From the NCBI GenBank assembly GCA_964016885.1, contig OZ024746.1, positions 79,608,001-79,672,000 on the forward strand: 64,000 nucleotides of DNA. The letters are read 5' to 3'. Position 1 is the first letter of the stretch; every line of letters begins with the position of its first letter. Source of the stretch: Eledone cirrhosa (taxonomy: Eukaryota). The position numbers were made by a program, and so were the translations under genes. This document shows, piece by piece, positions 14,011 to 27,486 of the stretch. The notes beneath the pieces were generated by a model. The model was not told where the DNA came from. It saw nothing but the letters and a program-made list of their open reading frames with translations, and searched no databases.

Positions 14011-14024
14011 AATAATACTAATAA

Positions 14025-14328
14025 TAATTGTTTCTACTTTTGGCACCAGGCCAGAAATTATCTCAGTGTATTACTGGTACTTTATTTTATCGATGACCAC
14101 CCAGGGTTGATTCAGGTACCTCACCAATCCCGAATCACATAATAATAATAATTGCTTCTACTTTAGTGGGAGACAGGGCATTCATTACTGGTGCTTTATT
14201 TTATCGTCCACGTAAGGATGAAAGGCAAAGCTAACCTCGGCGGGATTTTAACTCAGAACGTAAAGGGCCATAACTATATACCGCAACATATATTGCCCAG
14301 CGCTCTACCGTTACTGCCAATCTACCCA
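14025..14328 (-). mobile_element. SINE family 1 tail fragment plus a diverged near-full copy
   Basis: TTGTTTCTACTTTTGGCACCAGGCC... at 14028 and central/B-box sequence at 14190-14328. Confidence 0.8.
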
Positions 14329-14344
14329 GCCTATAATAACAATA

Positions 14345-16380
14345 ATGATATCCAGCAAAAATATCGTCCTATCTCTTGCCTTCCCACATCATACAAAATT
14401 GTCACTTTAATCTTGACTGAAACAACCTATAAATTTATAGATGAAAATCATGTTTCCCCTATTGAACAGAAAGGTTGTCACTGTGGGTCTTACAGATGGA
14501 AAGACCAACTTCTCATTAACCGTATCATTCTGGAAAAATGACATAAAAAGTATAGAAATCTGAGTACTGCTTAGATTGACTATAAGAACGCATTTGATAG
14601 TGTTCCCCACTAATGGATTTTGAAAATTGGATATTCTGAAAATCCCCCCCCCCCCCAGTAAACTAAAACTCCCTGAAATACATTTCTATATGGAATACAA
14701 ACCTATCATTGTCACACAGTGATGGAACTACAAATTCCAGCAGCATAGGTATTAACTGATATTTTTCAAGGTGATTCACATTCTCCTCTGATATTTTACA
14801 TTGCACTCACACCGATGTCTTTAGCGCTCAAAAGAAACAAAATATGGCTACAAAATAGACAGAAAAATCATAAATCCTGTTTTCTATAGATGACCTAAAG
14901 CTCTAAGCCAAAAAAATTAGAAGTAGTGTTGAAGACATTTAAATTGTTCAGTGATGTAGGGATGGAGTCTGCACCAAAACAACATTCAAGAAAGCTAGAA
15001 TGACAAGTACAAGCTCAATGGAAATAGATGTGAATACAGCAATTAGAGAAATAGAACCGGAAGAAGCATACATATATCGAGGGATCACTGAATACCAAAT
15101 AATTTACCACGCCAGTATGAAAGAGAGAATCATGAAAGGTATGTTACCGGAGAGTACGTGCTGTTTTGAAAACTGAGCGCAACTCGAGAAATAAACTAAC
15201 TGTCATAAATGTGCTTGCAATCCCAGTTATCAACTTCAGTTTCAATATCATAAGTTGGAACGTTAATGAAATTAAGAGAATGGAGACCAACATTAGGAAA
15301 CTTTTGACCTGTAATAAAATATATCACTCAAAAGCAGATGTGGATCGCCTCTATCTCACTAGATAAAACAGAGGTAGAATGATCCAGCTCGAGTTGTCAT
15401 ACAAGATATTGACCACCGGACTCGATCACTACCTTAAAACCACAGATGACAGGGTGATGAAAATGGTTGCAAGTCACGAAAGGTGGAAGCGGTTACATTC
15501 AGTCACAAAGGAAAGTAGGAAGTTAGCGGCAGAATTAGGAATACATTTAGAAAATTAAAGCCGCAATAATATCAAAGTGTTGGCAAAAAATGAATGTCAA
15601 CCACTGCAATACTCTCCGTAGCAAAGAACCTGATGTCGATCCAACTCTCACACATCAATGGCTGCGGATTTCTGGGCTAAATGTAGAGAATGATGGCTTC
15701 ACTTTGTCTGTACAAGCCCAATGTCTTTCAACGCACAACTTTCAAGCGTCTATGATCAGAAATGGAATTGTCTCAAAATGTCGATTCTGTGAAGAGCATC
15801 ATTAACCACCTGGTTTCAGACTGAAAAGCTCCCCAGGAATATAAAACGAGGTATGATAGAGTGAGGCAATAGTTACACCGGGTAAGGTGCAGGTTTTATG
15901 GTCTGAAAACGGGGGGAAAATGGGGCAACCATCGCATAAATGCAGTAACAGGAGACGAGAATGTGACAATCATATGGGGTTTCCCTATGAATACTGTCAG
16001 AACAATCAAAACTGACAGACCTGATATAATTGTGAAGGACCATAAAGATTAAACATGTTTCTCAGTTGACACGAGCAGTCCATCAGACCGTAACATTTCC
16101 TCGAAGTTCGGAAAAGCTCAGTAAGTATAAAGATCTATTGATTGAAATTGAGCAAATATGGCATCTTACGTTTTGTACAATAATAATTGTTTCTACTTTA
16201 GGCACAAGGCCAGCAATTACCCAGTACATTACTGGTACTTTATTTTAATGATAGTTGGCGTACTTAGAATGGTAAAAATGAGAACTGAAAAATACCTATA
16301 GAATATGTCTCGAATAGGTAATGCCCCCTGTAACACTGCCAAGCCAAAGACTTATAACCTGAACATCATACAGAAAAGCA
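14345..16380 (+). pseudogene. Old degenerate R4/Dong-like LINE ORF (family C): RT to RLE endonuclease
   Basis: YRPISCLPTSYKIVT, EQKGC..GS...KDQLLIN, DYKNAFDSVPH, IFQGDS.SPLIF, broken YMDDLK near 14885, KADVDRLYL, CRFC, RPDIIV, EKLSKYKDL. Many stops and frameshifts; SINE tail inserted at about 16182-16250. Confidence 0.88.
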
Positions 16381-17632
16381 TGCTCAGACAGTCCTCGTCA
16401 ATGCCTAGAGTAGTTCGTGGGCGAGTGTTGCCCATTATTTCAACTAACCTTTTATAGAAAGTATAGAAAAGGAGCATTGTTTTCTGGTCACCGATAGTAT
16501 TTTCCAGCTGGAAGTGTGTCACGAGTGCCTTGCAGTATGCTGGATGTTAGACGTCCATAGTCAATCTGTGTTTGACCCAATTGGAAGCTGGAAAGGTTTT
16601 TGCACGCATCTCTCATATCAGTTACCTCCATACAATCTGTGCACGCGTATAAAACGCCGTACCAATCGCCCTAATCGTACTAATTCTAAGGAACGTTTCT
16701 AAGTTTCGCCAGACGTCCAGCCGCCTGTTCAAGATGACATGTGAAGGGAGAAGAGAGCAGTTCTAGTCGTGAACATGGCTCAACAACGGCAGTCACGTGG
16801 TTCACATACGCAGAGGTCACGGTGCAGTATCACTACAATGCGAATGCTCTCATCGTCAAGAAGTCTACCAGTTGGTAATGAGGACACCGTATTAAGCAAC
16901 ACATCACTGTCTGGGTGTGAAGCAGACAAGAAGCAGACGAGTCGGTATTGGTCTAAAACGATTCGATGCGGTATTATATTGCAATGAGACAGAGAGGCCG
17001 TTGTCAACCCAAACGGATGGATTTATTACTGCCGTTCCTCCCTCTTTGTCGCATATTGGCTCTCTCTCTCTCTCTCCTAAATCAATATGTCTTCTTTCGA
17101 ACATAACTTTCTTTTATGAATGCTACCATAGTTTTTGCTTATATATGAAAAAAAATCAGACAATTATTTTGAATGAAAAAGCCACGATACTCCTAGAATA
17201 GGGGGAAAATTCGCAAAATTTGAAAACAATTTATGACAAATCATCATCGTCGTTATCTTTCTCATCATCACCGTAACCATCGCAACCAGCTCCAGCACCG
17301 TAACCACGACCACAACGACTATCAACATCATTATCATTATCATAATCTCTATCATCATGTATAACCAGAAGAGAGACAACAGTTACGCCTTAAACATGAA
17401 CAATTTTATATATTAAAAAAATGCAGATAAATAATCCCAAATCAAATTATTTTGGAATTTTTCAATTAAGATTATCACTAGTCTTCTCTTTTTGTTGTTG
17501 ATTACAAAGTTATTTATTTATCGATTCATTTATATATTTTTTATTTATAGTTTAATTTAGTCATTGAATCTGTATATATACTGTCTTCTAGGCCCTCTTT
17601 TTCTCTCATTCTCTTTCCTTATTCTCTCGACT

Positions 17633-17709
<77 letters not shown>

Positions 17710-17771
17710 CTCGTTCTCTTTCTCTCGCTCTTTCTCTCTTTCTTTCTCTCTCTCTCTCTATATATATATAT

Positions 17772-17821
<50 letters not shown>

Positions 17822-17833
17822 GCATATATATAT

Positions 17834-18042
<209 letters not shown>

Positions 18043-18699
18043 TGTCTCTCTCTTTCTTCTCGCTATTCTTGGATATTTTGAAGTCCGCTAATAAAATGGT
18101 TATAAATTATTTAATTAATTCATAATGCTCAACATATCGTTTTTCGATATACTGAAGAGTAAAGAATACCGCTTGTGCAATAAACATACAATTTCTGTCT
18201 CACTTTGAAAAGTAAACAAATTATTTACATCACATATTTTATCTATCCGTGGGGAAAAAAATATTTAGACTAGATTTGATTAATTTTAGACCATCAACAA
18301 CTTTAGACATTCATTAGAGTTTTAGACTTTCATCAGATAAAGAATTCCCATCGTTTGTGAAAGTAACGATTTATATCTTATTACTTATTGCTATCTATAA
18401 CGCTTAACAATTATTATTCAGGTAAACTGGCTCGTCTAGTCAAAATAACAATATATTCGATGGCAGCAGGAATAAATTTAACATTGTATCATTTTCTTTT
18501 GATAATTTCAACTATAAGGTGTATCTCTGACTAATTGAAATAAACATACAATATATAATTGGTTTAGAATAAGTCTATCATATCCCTGCGTGCTTTGTAA
18601 AATGCGGCTACAAGGTTTGGCGTCACTTAATGCATCCAGCCGTAAAACATTGTCTCAAAAAGTACATAGTACATACTGATTAGTATGAAGGTTGTTCTT

Positions 18700-18774
<75 letters not shown>

Positions 18775-18831
18775 ATACTTGGGGAGGGTCATATTTGTGT
18801 AATATTGCCAGAATTAATATATATATATATA

Positions 18832-19691
18832 AATACATTATCGGAGAAAGCTAAACGCGATACTCCGGCCAAATTCCAGCTCACTCAACAAACATTAGGA
18901 AATACCTGAGTATATTCCTAATTACACGTTCGGGGTGCTAACTAATTGTATTGTGTGGAAAATTGGCTGTATTATTTCATATGAGACATAACAAATATAT
19001 CTCTTCCCAGACGGACGTCTCGTTTCATTATAAGATTTCTACAAGTTGGGTGAAATTATACCAATTTATGTAGAAGCTTGTATAAGATCAACAGATACTT
19101 ATTCAAGTGGGCTCTTATAATTCTTCAGTGGGTGCCCAATAATATTAATATTGATAACCAAATCAACATCAATATTTAGCAATAATCACCATCAGTGCTT
19201 GGGGGAGCTGCTAGGTTGTTAATCCAGCAGTTCTAAAGAAAATCTCACACTGTCACGAAAATAGGTGGAAGGAGATTACTGTCAAAAAACAATACATGCG
19301 CAGGTCAATGAATTCTGAAAAGAATTCAAGCCACGTGCTAGAACTCAATTGGATATGAAAAAATAACCATATGTGCGCATCTCTTGATGACATACATAGA
19401 CATTTTCTCGGGCAAAATAACAGAATGAGATACAAGAACAAACAATCAATATTCATATAAAGAAATAAACAAAGAGAGTCATACCTTATATCAGGAAAGT
19501 TTATATCTGTTGCACCAAGAGTAAATAAATGAATACATAATCGGAGAAAGCTAATAGCGATACTCCGGCCAAATTCCAACTCACTCAACAAACATTAGGA
19601 AATACCTGAGTATATTCCTAATTAAACGTTCGGGGTGCTAACTAATTGTATTGTGTGGAAAATTGGCTGTATCATTTCATATGAGATATAT

Positions 19692-19697
<6 letters not shown>
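18832..19697 (-). mobile_element. Retrozyme/pLTR-like element: 700-bp unit plus ~166-bp terminal direct repeat, in (TA)n
   Basis: 18832-18998 is repeated at 19532-19697. Both ends abut (TA)n. Intact HHR at 19006-19132. Confidence 0.8.
19006..19132 (-). ncRNA. Type I hammerhead ribozyme with branched ~95-nt stem II
   Basis: Minus strand: ccca-CTGAAGA-attataaga[...]tcttataat-GAAA-cgagacgtccg-TC/tggg. Stem I ccca:tggg, 9-bp stem II base, near-palindromic stem III, GUC cleavage triplet. Predicted cut between 19010 and 19009. Confidence 0.8.
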
Positions 19698-19772
<75 letters not shown>

Positions 19773-19774
19773 GT

Positions 19775-19824
<50 letters not shown>

Positions 19825-19875
19825 GTATACGTGTGTGCGTGCGTGAGAATTTATATATATATATATATATATATA

Positions 19876-20042
19876 GGAACGAGTAGGACCCCGACGGCTG
19901 GGCTCAAGCCGTTTCGACGGCTAATTCTGGACTCAAGTCCGTCGGGGTCCTACTCGTTCCCATTACCCACTCTACTAGCCTAAGTATTGAGTACTTTGGT
20001 GCGTTATGGTCCACTTGGTTCCTTACCACATTTCCTTTGTTA
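19876..20042 (-). mobile_element. (TA)n-inserted short element (family H) with partial inversion
   Basis: Homologous to 27261-27453, 44268-44303, 62479-62600 and 63931-64000. Inverted arms GGAACGAGTAGGACCCCGACGG / CCGTCGGGGTCCTACTCGTTCC. Confidence 0.75.
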
Positions 20043-20098
20043 TATATATATATATATATTTATATTTTGTGTGTGTGCGTGAGTGACAATTAATACAT

Positions 20099-20147
<49 letters not shown>

Positions 20148-20207
20148 CCTTTTCTTGGAGCTGGATAATTGTAAACGACTGAGAGTTTATTCTCAAAATA
20201 TAATATA

Positions 20208-20260
<53 letters not shown>

Positions 20261-20507
20261 ATTACACAAGCAGATTGAAGTGATGAGAAACTAATAGGCT
20301 TGAACAATCATACACGCATATACAAACACCTCACACGCAAAGAAGTGCGCATACACATACAATTAATCGTGCACACTCACATGCAGGTACACCAATACTC
20401 ATATATACACATTCACAAACACATCCTGGTCTTTCCGTCTTTTCATTCTGATTTGATTTATTTCTTTATTTTTATTCACTTCTCTTCTGCTTCAATATGT
20501 CTGACTA

Positions 20508-20638
<131 letters not shown>

Positions 20639-20742
20639 CTATATCTAGTGGTGGAACACTGGAAGGTAATATCCGTAGTGGTAGAGCACTCAGTCCATGC
20701 GGCGAGTTAGGTAGAAGTGGTTACACAACAGTTAGTTCACCA

Positions 20743-20785
20743 TACCGGGAACAATTGTTTCACTTTAGCTGATCCTCAGCTCGTA
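20743..20785 (-). ncRNA. Minimal hammerhead motif in the PLE pLTR (palindromic stem III ACAATTGT)
   Basis: Minus strand: tacgag-CTGAGGA-tcagctaaagt-GAAA-caattg-TT/cccggta. The sister copy at 34033-34075 has ctcgg, which pairs with gag. Stem II is weak. Confidence 0.6.
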
Positions 20786-20944
20786 ATAGGCATGGTTATA
20801 GGAACAGGAAGGACAACCGTACGAACGCGCATGCGCAGAAACCCGGTCACCTCACACAGGCAATACTAGAATGCGTGCGAGAGGTGTAAGGGAGATAACT
20901 GCGAAAGTCCGAAAATTTTTAGTTGAAAATAAAATTACAAGGAA

Positions 20945-21442
20945 TCAGTCCGGAGCTTTGTAGTCATGCAATAGGTGTTTGGCGACGTGTGGACAACGTG
21001 TGAAAAATTCATTTCTCGTGTTTAGGCAATCACTATTCCGTAATCTCTTTAGAATAGTTATTCGTTCGTCAATACATAAGCCACACGTCGGATTTCCCAT
21101 TGCGTATGGCTTGGACTTAGTGATGGCTTTCCATTGGATGGAGTAGTCTATACTTGAGTCCTTGAGGGACCATACGTGGCTCGCGAGTTTCGTGGATGAA
21201 CGTCTGTCCGGGTACCTGAAGGTTGACTGGTGGTTCAGGAAACGTTCCTTAAATCGGCCCTCCGCCATGCCCACATAGGATTTGACCTCCTGTGGTTCGT
21301 TTGGTTGATTGGAAGTGACCACAGCTTCATAAATTACAGCTGGTGTGTTGCATTGCTGTTGAAGGGAGCAAGCTTCGGGCTTACAGCAAGAGCACCCTGG
21401 TGGGGTGTTGCACCTAGGTTTGCTGGAGATGTGGGACTTCAT
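20945..21442 (-). pseudogene. GIY-YIG endonuclease domain of the PLE (165-aa open segment of a truncated ORF)
   Basis: VIY..YVG motif with conserved R, E and N residues. The upstream in-frame continuation contains one stop. Confidence 0.85.
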
Positions 21443-21589
21443 GTTCTTAGCACAGGAGTATCGTAGTTTAACTTTGTGTCGGTTAAAGATGGAGCGGTAT
21501 TTATGACCTATGGGAAAGTGTCTATCTAAGAGGGCTAGAAATTTTTTTCATACATTGGTTTTAAAGTTGAATGAGAAGGGAGGAGAGAA

Positions 21590-21625
<36 letters not shown>

Positions 21626-21999
21626 CTCCTTCTCACTCTCTCTCTCTAGTTCTCTCTCTCTATCTCTCTTTACATATATATATATCTTTTAAGCTCACCC
21701 CCTCCTCCCACTGACCCTTTCTTTCCATAGAACACATCCTCTCTCTTTCTTTCACTCTCTTACTTTCCCTCTCTCACACACTCTCTTACACACACACACA
21801 CTCTCTCTCTCTCTCTCACTCTCTCCCTCTTTCACTCTCTTTCAAATCTTTATAATTTCTCTCCTGTATTATTTCTTTCCTTTTATCTTTCTTATCATTA
21901 CACCGCCTTCCGCGCTCTCATACATAAATACATTGCTTCATTATCTTGCTTACTTATCTTCTTTGCTCCTACATTTCCTGCTCTGTCTTGTTATTTTTG

Positions 22000-22096
<97 letters not shown>

Positions 22097-22207
22097 GCGT
22101 AATACTGCGCAAGGACAGAGACACATACAGAAGCACACGCCAGACGCCATACACCAGCATGCAAAATAAAATCGTCGGGTGGTCGAGAACGAACAAGTGT
22201 GTATATA

Positions 22208-22269
<62 letters not shown>

Positions 22270-22412
22270 GAACATACATAGACATAGACACATACACAAA
22301 CAGACATATATATAAATATATATATATATGTATATATATATATTTCTGTATGCAACAGATGGTATTGAAAGGAAATATTTTATACATATATACAAACATA
22401 AATCAATAAACA

Positions 22413-22448
<36 letters not shown>

Positions 22449-22449
<1 letters not shown>

Positions 22450-23092
22450 GGATCTGTGGAGAGAGAGAGGAGACTGTGGCTCACATTGTGTCCGAGTGTA
22501 AACACCTAGCCCAGACCCACTATAAGGGCTGGAGACACGATGTGATGGGCAGGGTGATCCACTGGCACCTGTGCAAAGTAAACAATCTACCACTTCTGAG
22601 AAATGGTATGAGCATAGGCCAGAGGCGGTGATGGAGAACAGTCAGGTGAAGGTGCTGTGGGATTTTAGGATACAGACGGACAAAAAACTGGAACACAATA
22701 GACCTGACCTGGTGGTTGTGGACAAAGAAAAAAGATCGTGCCTGATTGTGGATGTGGCCTGCCCGTTCGACACGAGAGTGCAAGAGAAAGAGAGGGAGAA
22801 AATTAACCGATACCAGGACCTAAAGTGGGAGGTGAAAAGGATTTGGAACTGCCATGAAGTCAAAGTGATCCCGATTGTCATAGGCGCACTGGGGACTATC
22901 TCCAAAGGTTTCCAGGGATGGTTAAAGAAAATCGGCCCCTTCACGCTTTTTGGAACGCTTCAAAAGGCATGCTTGCTTGGAACGGCAAGAACCCTCCGAT
23001 ACGTCCTGAATATCTGAGGCTGCAGGTAGTGGCTTGATATTCAATCCAACGGACTTTCCAGTTAACCAACATCAATGACTGAGATTCAAGGA
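22449..23092 (+). mobile_element. R4/Dong-like LINE family B, 5'-truncated copy in (TAA)n
   Basis: Highly similar to 13367-14010 (zinc knuckle, RHD, RLE and 3' UTR). Pure (TAA)n on both flanks. Confidence 0.92.
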
Positions 23093-23103
23093 ATAACAAT
23101 AAC

Positions 23104-23147
<44 letters not shown>

Positions 23148-23260
23148 TAACAATAATATATGAATATATGTACATATATGTATCTATCTCTCACTCTCGT
23201 TGTATATCTATCCATCTATCTATCTATCTCTATCTCTCTCTCAGCTCTCTCTCTCCTCTG

Positions 23261-23316
<56 letters not shown>

Positions 23317-23377
23317 TACAAGCACGTACACACACTCACACACACACAAATATATATATATATATATACATATATAC

Positions 23378-23410
<33 letters not shown>

Positions 23411-23484
23411 CATATACATACATATATATATACATATATGTATATGCATATACATATATATATATATAAATATATATACATATA

Positions 23485-23536
<52 letters not shown>

Positions 23537-24119
23537 TACGTATATACATATTACATAAATATAAATATAAACATCAACATATACATATGTATATATAGAA
23601 AATGTTTTATTTATTTAGTTAATTATACATTTATTCATAGCTTTTTGTGTTTTCATATTTTTTCTAGTCTTGTTGTTTTCTTGCTATTTATTTTTTAATA
23701 AATATTCGGCAAGCGTAACGAGTAAGCAAGATGGGAGAAAATAAGATTTTTGGACGCTTATGTTATATTTATTAAAACTAAATAGTTTTCACGTCAATCA
23801 CTCTATAATAGTTCTGATCAATAAGACCACCTTTTGCTCTCCAAAGTGATAAATAGACGGATCTCTTTTCAATTGATTTATCGGCGGCCATATTAATTTT
23901 CCTTCGTTTCCTTTTCTATTTTACATTTTTTATATATATTTTTTATATATCTTTCTGGTTCTTTTTTTCTATATTGCTTTCTTTATCTGGTGTTGTTTTT
24001 CGTTTATCACCTCGTTTTATTTTTTCGTCATTTCCTACTTGTTATTGTATTTATTTGTTTTTATTTTTTGTTATCTTTTTTATAAATATATGTTTTATGT
24101 CTATGTATGTATATGTATG

Positions 24120-24150
<31 letters not shown>

Positions 24151-24178
24151 GTATGTATACATCTATATATATCATGTA

Positions 24179-24229
<51 letters not shown>

Positions 24230-24393
24230 TATATATATGAATATATATGTATATATATATATATATATATATGCATATATATATGCATATATATATATAT
24301 GCATACATATATGTATATAATATATATATATATATATACATACATACATATATATATATATATATGTATAAGTGTGTATGGATATATATATAT

Positions 24394-24441
<48 letters not shown>

Positions 24442-24801
24442 ATGTATGTATATATATATATATATATATGTGTGTGTAAATATCTCATATATATTGTTCT
24501 ATTTATTTACTCTTTCACACACTCACTCTCTCTATCTTTTTTTCTCCCTTTCTTCTTCTCTCTTTTTCTCTCTCACTCACTCAGTTTATCTTATTCTGTC
24601 TTTTTCATATCTATATGTCTCTGTCTCTTTTTCTCACAATGGATCTGTTTCCCTCATTGACTTCCTCAATAACTATCTGTCTACCTCACCTTCTCTCCCT
24701 CTCACTTGATATATATATATGTATATATATATGTATATATATATATATGTGTGTGTCTGTGTGTATGTTTATATATATATATATATGTAAGCGTCATTGC
24801 G

Positions 24802-24881
<80 letters not shown>

Positions 24882-25392
24882 GAGAGAGAGAGAGAGAGAG
24901 AGAACGTTCTGTCTTTGTCTCTCACTACCTCTATTCCACACACACTCACTCTCCCTCTCTCTATCTCCGTCTTTCTCTCTCTCTCACTCACCCCTTGCTC
25001 TCTCTCCCTCCGTCTCTTTTTCGATATCAATGTCTCTCAATATGTATTTCTCTTCTTTGGTTGTCGAGATGTTTTCGTCCATTGCTTGACTAGGTGAGAG
25101 AGTATATTTGTTGGCGTTTCTTTTTTATTCATATATTATTGCTATATTATTTTGTTTAATCTTATCTTCTTGTTTGCGAGTTTATGAGTTTGTTGTACCT
25201 AGTTGATCTTGATGTTGTTGTTGTTGTTTTCTGTCAGAGAAGATTAGACTAAGAGAAAGAAAGAAAAGAAAAAAATAAAGAATAACGATCAAAATCTATA
25301 TAAACAAAAAATACATAAATATATAAAAGTTAAGAAATGAAAATAATATTTCGAAATACAAAAGCCATGTATCAGTGACCTAAACACACACA

Positions 25393-25495
<103 letters not shown>

Positions 25496-25533
25496 GTATA
25501 TACAATGTATATATATATGTATATACATATATC

Positions 25534-25612
<79 letters not shown>

Positions 25613-26166
25613 CATATATGCATATATACATATACATATATGTATATATACATATACATATATATGCATATAGAAACATATCCAGGCACACATATTTATC
25701 AATATATACATGTATGTATATATGTGTGTATGTGTGTTTGCTTGCACGTCTGTGTATGTGTGTGTGTGTGTGTGTGTATTTGTGTGTGAATATATACATA
25801 GATATATTCATACCTACATACATACATATATAAGTACATATATTCATACATACAAACATACATAATACATACATAACTACATACATACATACAAACATAC
25901 ACAAACACGTATGTAAACGATTAATCGTTTATTAGAGTCTGGTAAAGAAATTATACAACGAAATGAATGAATAGATCGGTATACTTATATGAGAGTTCGA
26001 GACAGACATTTATACACCCGCCTCAAAACACTAGCACCCCATCTCACACACAGGCATGCATATATATGTATATATATGTGGGTGTATATATATGTGTGTG
26101 TTTATGTGTATCTTTGTGATAGAGTGTGTGTGTGTGCGTGTAAGCATATGAGTACGTATGTATGTA

Positions 26167-26316
<150 letters not shown>

Positions 26317-26411
26317 TTCTGGAAGTCTCTATGTAAGTACATGTTATATCTTGTTTGCACACATAGGTGAATGCGCACGGATACATAGACATGTGCATAT
26401 ATACATTTATA

Positions 26412-26443
<32 letters not shown>

Positions 26444-26510
26444 GTAATAATAATAAAATTGTTAATAATAATAAAATTGTTAATAATAATAGAATTGTTA
26501 ATAAAAATTA

Positions 26511-26612
<102 letters not shown>

Positions 26613-27187
26613 ATATATATAGACAAACACAAACACATTTATATATATGTATATATATATATACATATATATATAGATAGATATATAGACATATAGATAT
26701 AGATATGTATATATATATATATATATATACATACACACACACACACACACACACAAACACACACAAGTATATATATATATGTATATATACACACATACGT
26801 ATATGTATATATATATTATTGATACGTTATTGCTAGGTATATTCAATAAAGATAATTTGTTTCCTTCTATTATCGAGTCCATATTATACTTCTGTTAGTG
26901 CTGTCGAGTGCAATTACTTTAATGACCCACTCGCACACGCACGTATAGCGAAACACACATACACAGATACACAGATACAAACACACAATCTGACACGCAC
27001 AAACAAACGCACAAACACACGCACAAGCATATACCAAACATTCGCACGCACATACACAATTTGACAGATATATACAGACAAGTATAGATGTGTGCTTCCA
27101 TATACATACAGATATACACATACATACACAAATTATTATTAAAGGTCTTGGTAGATTTCTAAACATGGTGAGTAAAGATCGATCACA

Positions 27188-27260
<73 letters not shown>

Positions 27261-27263
<3 letters not shown>

Positions 27264-27450
27264 CGAAGGAAATGTGGTAAGGAACCAGGTGGACCATAAC
27301 GCACCAAAGTACTCAATACTTGGGGTAGTAGAGTGGGTAATAGGAACCAGTAAGACCCCGACGGCTGAGCTCAAGCCGTTTCGACGGCTAATTCTGAACA
27401 GAATTAGCCGTCGAAACGGCTTGAGCTCAGCCGTCGGGGTCTTACTGGTT

Positions 27451-27455
<5 letters not shown>
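27261..27455 (-). mobile_element. Family H element ending in a near-perfect ~115-bp palindrome
   Basis: 27341-27396 and 27400-27455 are reverse complements around a ~3-nt centre. Contains the HHR 3' half GAAAC-ggcttgagctcagcc-GTC. Flanked by (TA)n. Confidence 0.8.

Positions 27456-27486
<31 letters not shown>

Larger units (their letters stand above)
20645..21593 (-). mobile_element. Penelope-like retroelement, 5'-truncated: RT-thumb/linker, C-terminal GIY-YIG endonuclease and 3' pLTR
   Basis: Minus frame WFSPPFSFNFKTNV*KKFLALLDRHFP..IFNRHKVKLRYSC..NMKSHIS..CSC..C...VIYEAVV...YVGMAEGRFKERFLNH..F...TKLASHVWSLK..IQW..CGLCIDE..LNTRNE..RCPH. Both ends abut (TA)n. Confidence 0.9.

Noticed and set aside
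16400-17040. GC-richer stretch with short ORFs as possible exons
   Set aside because: No recognisable protein motif in any frame; it is probably old repeat debris.
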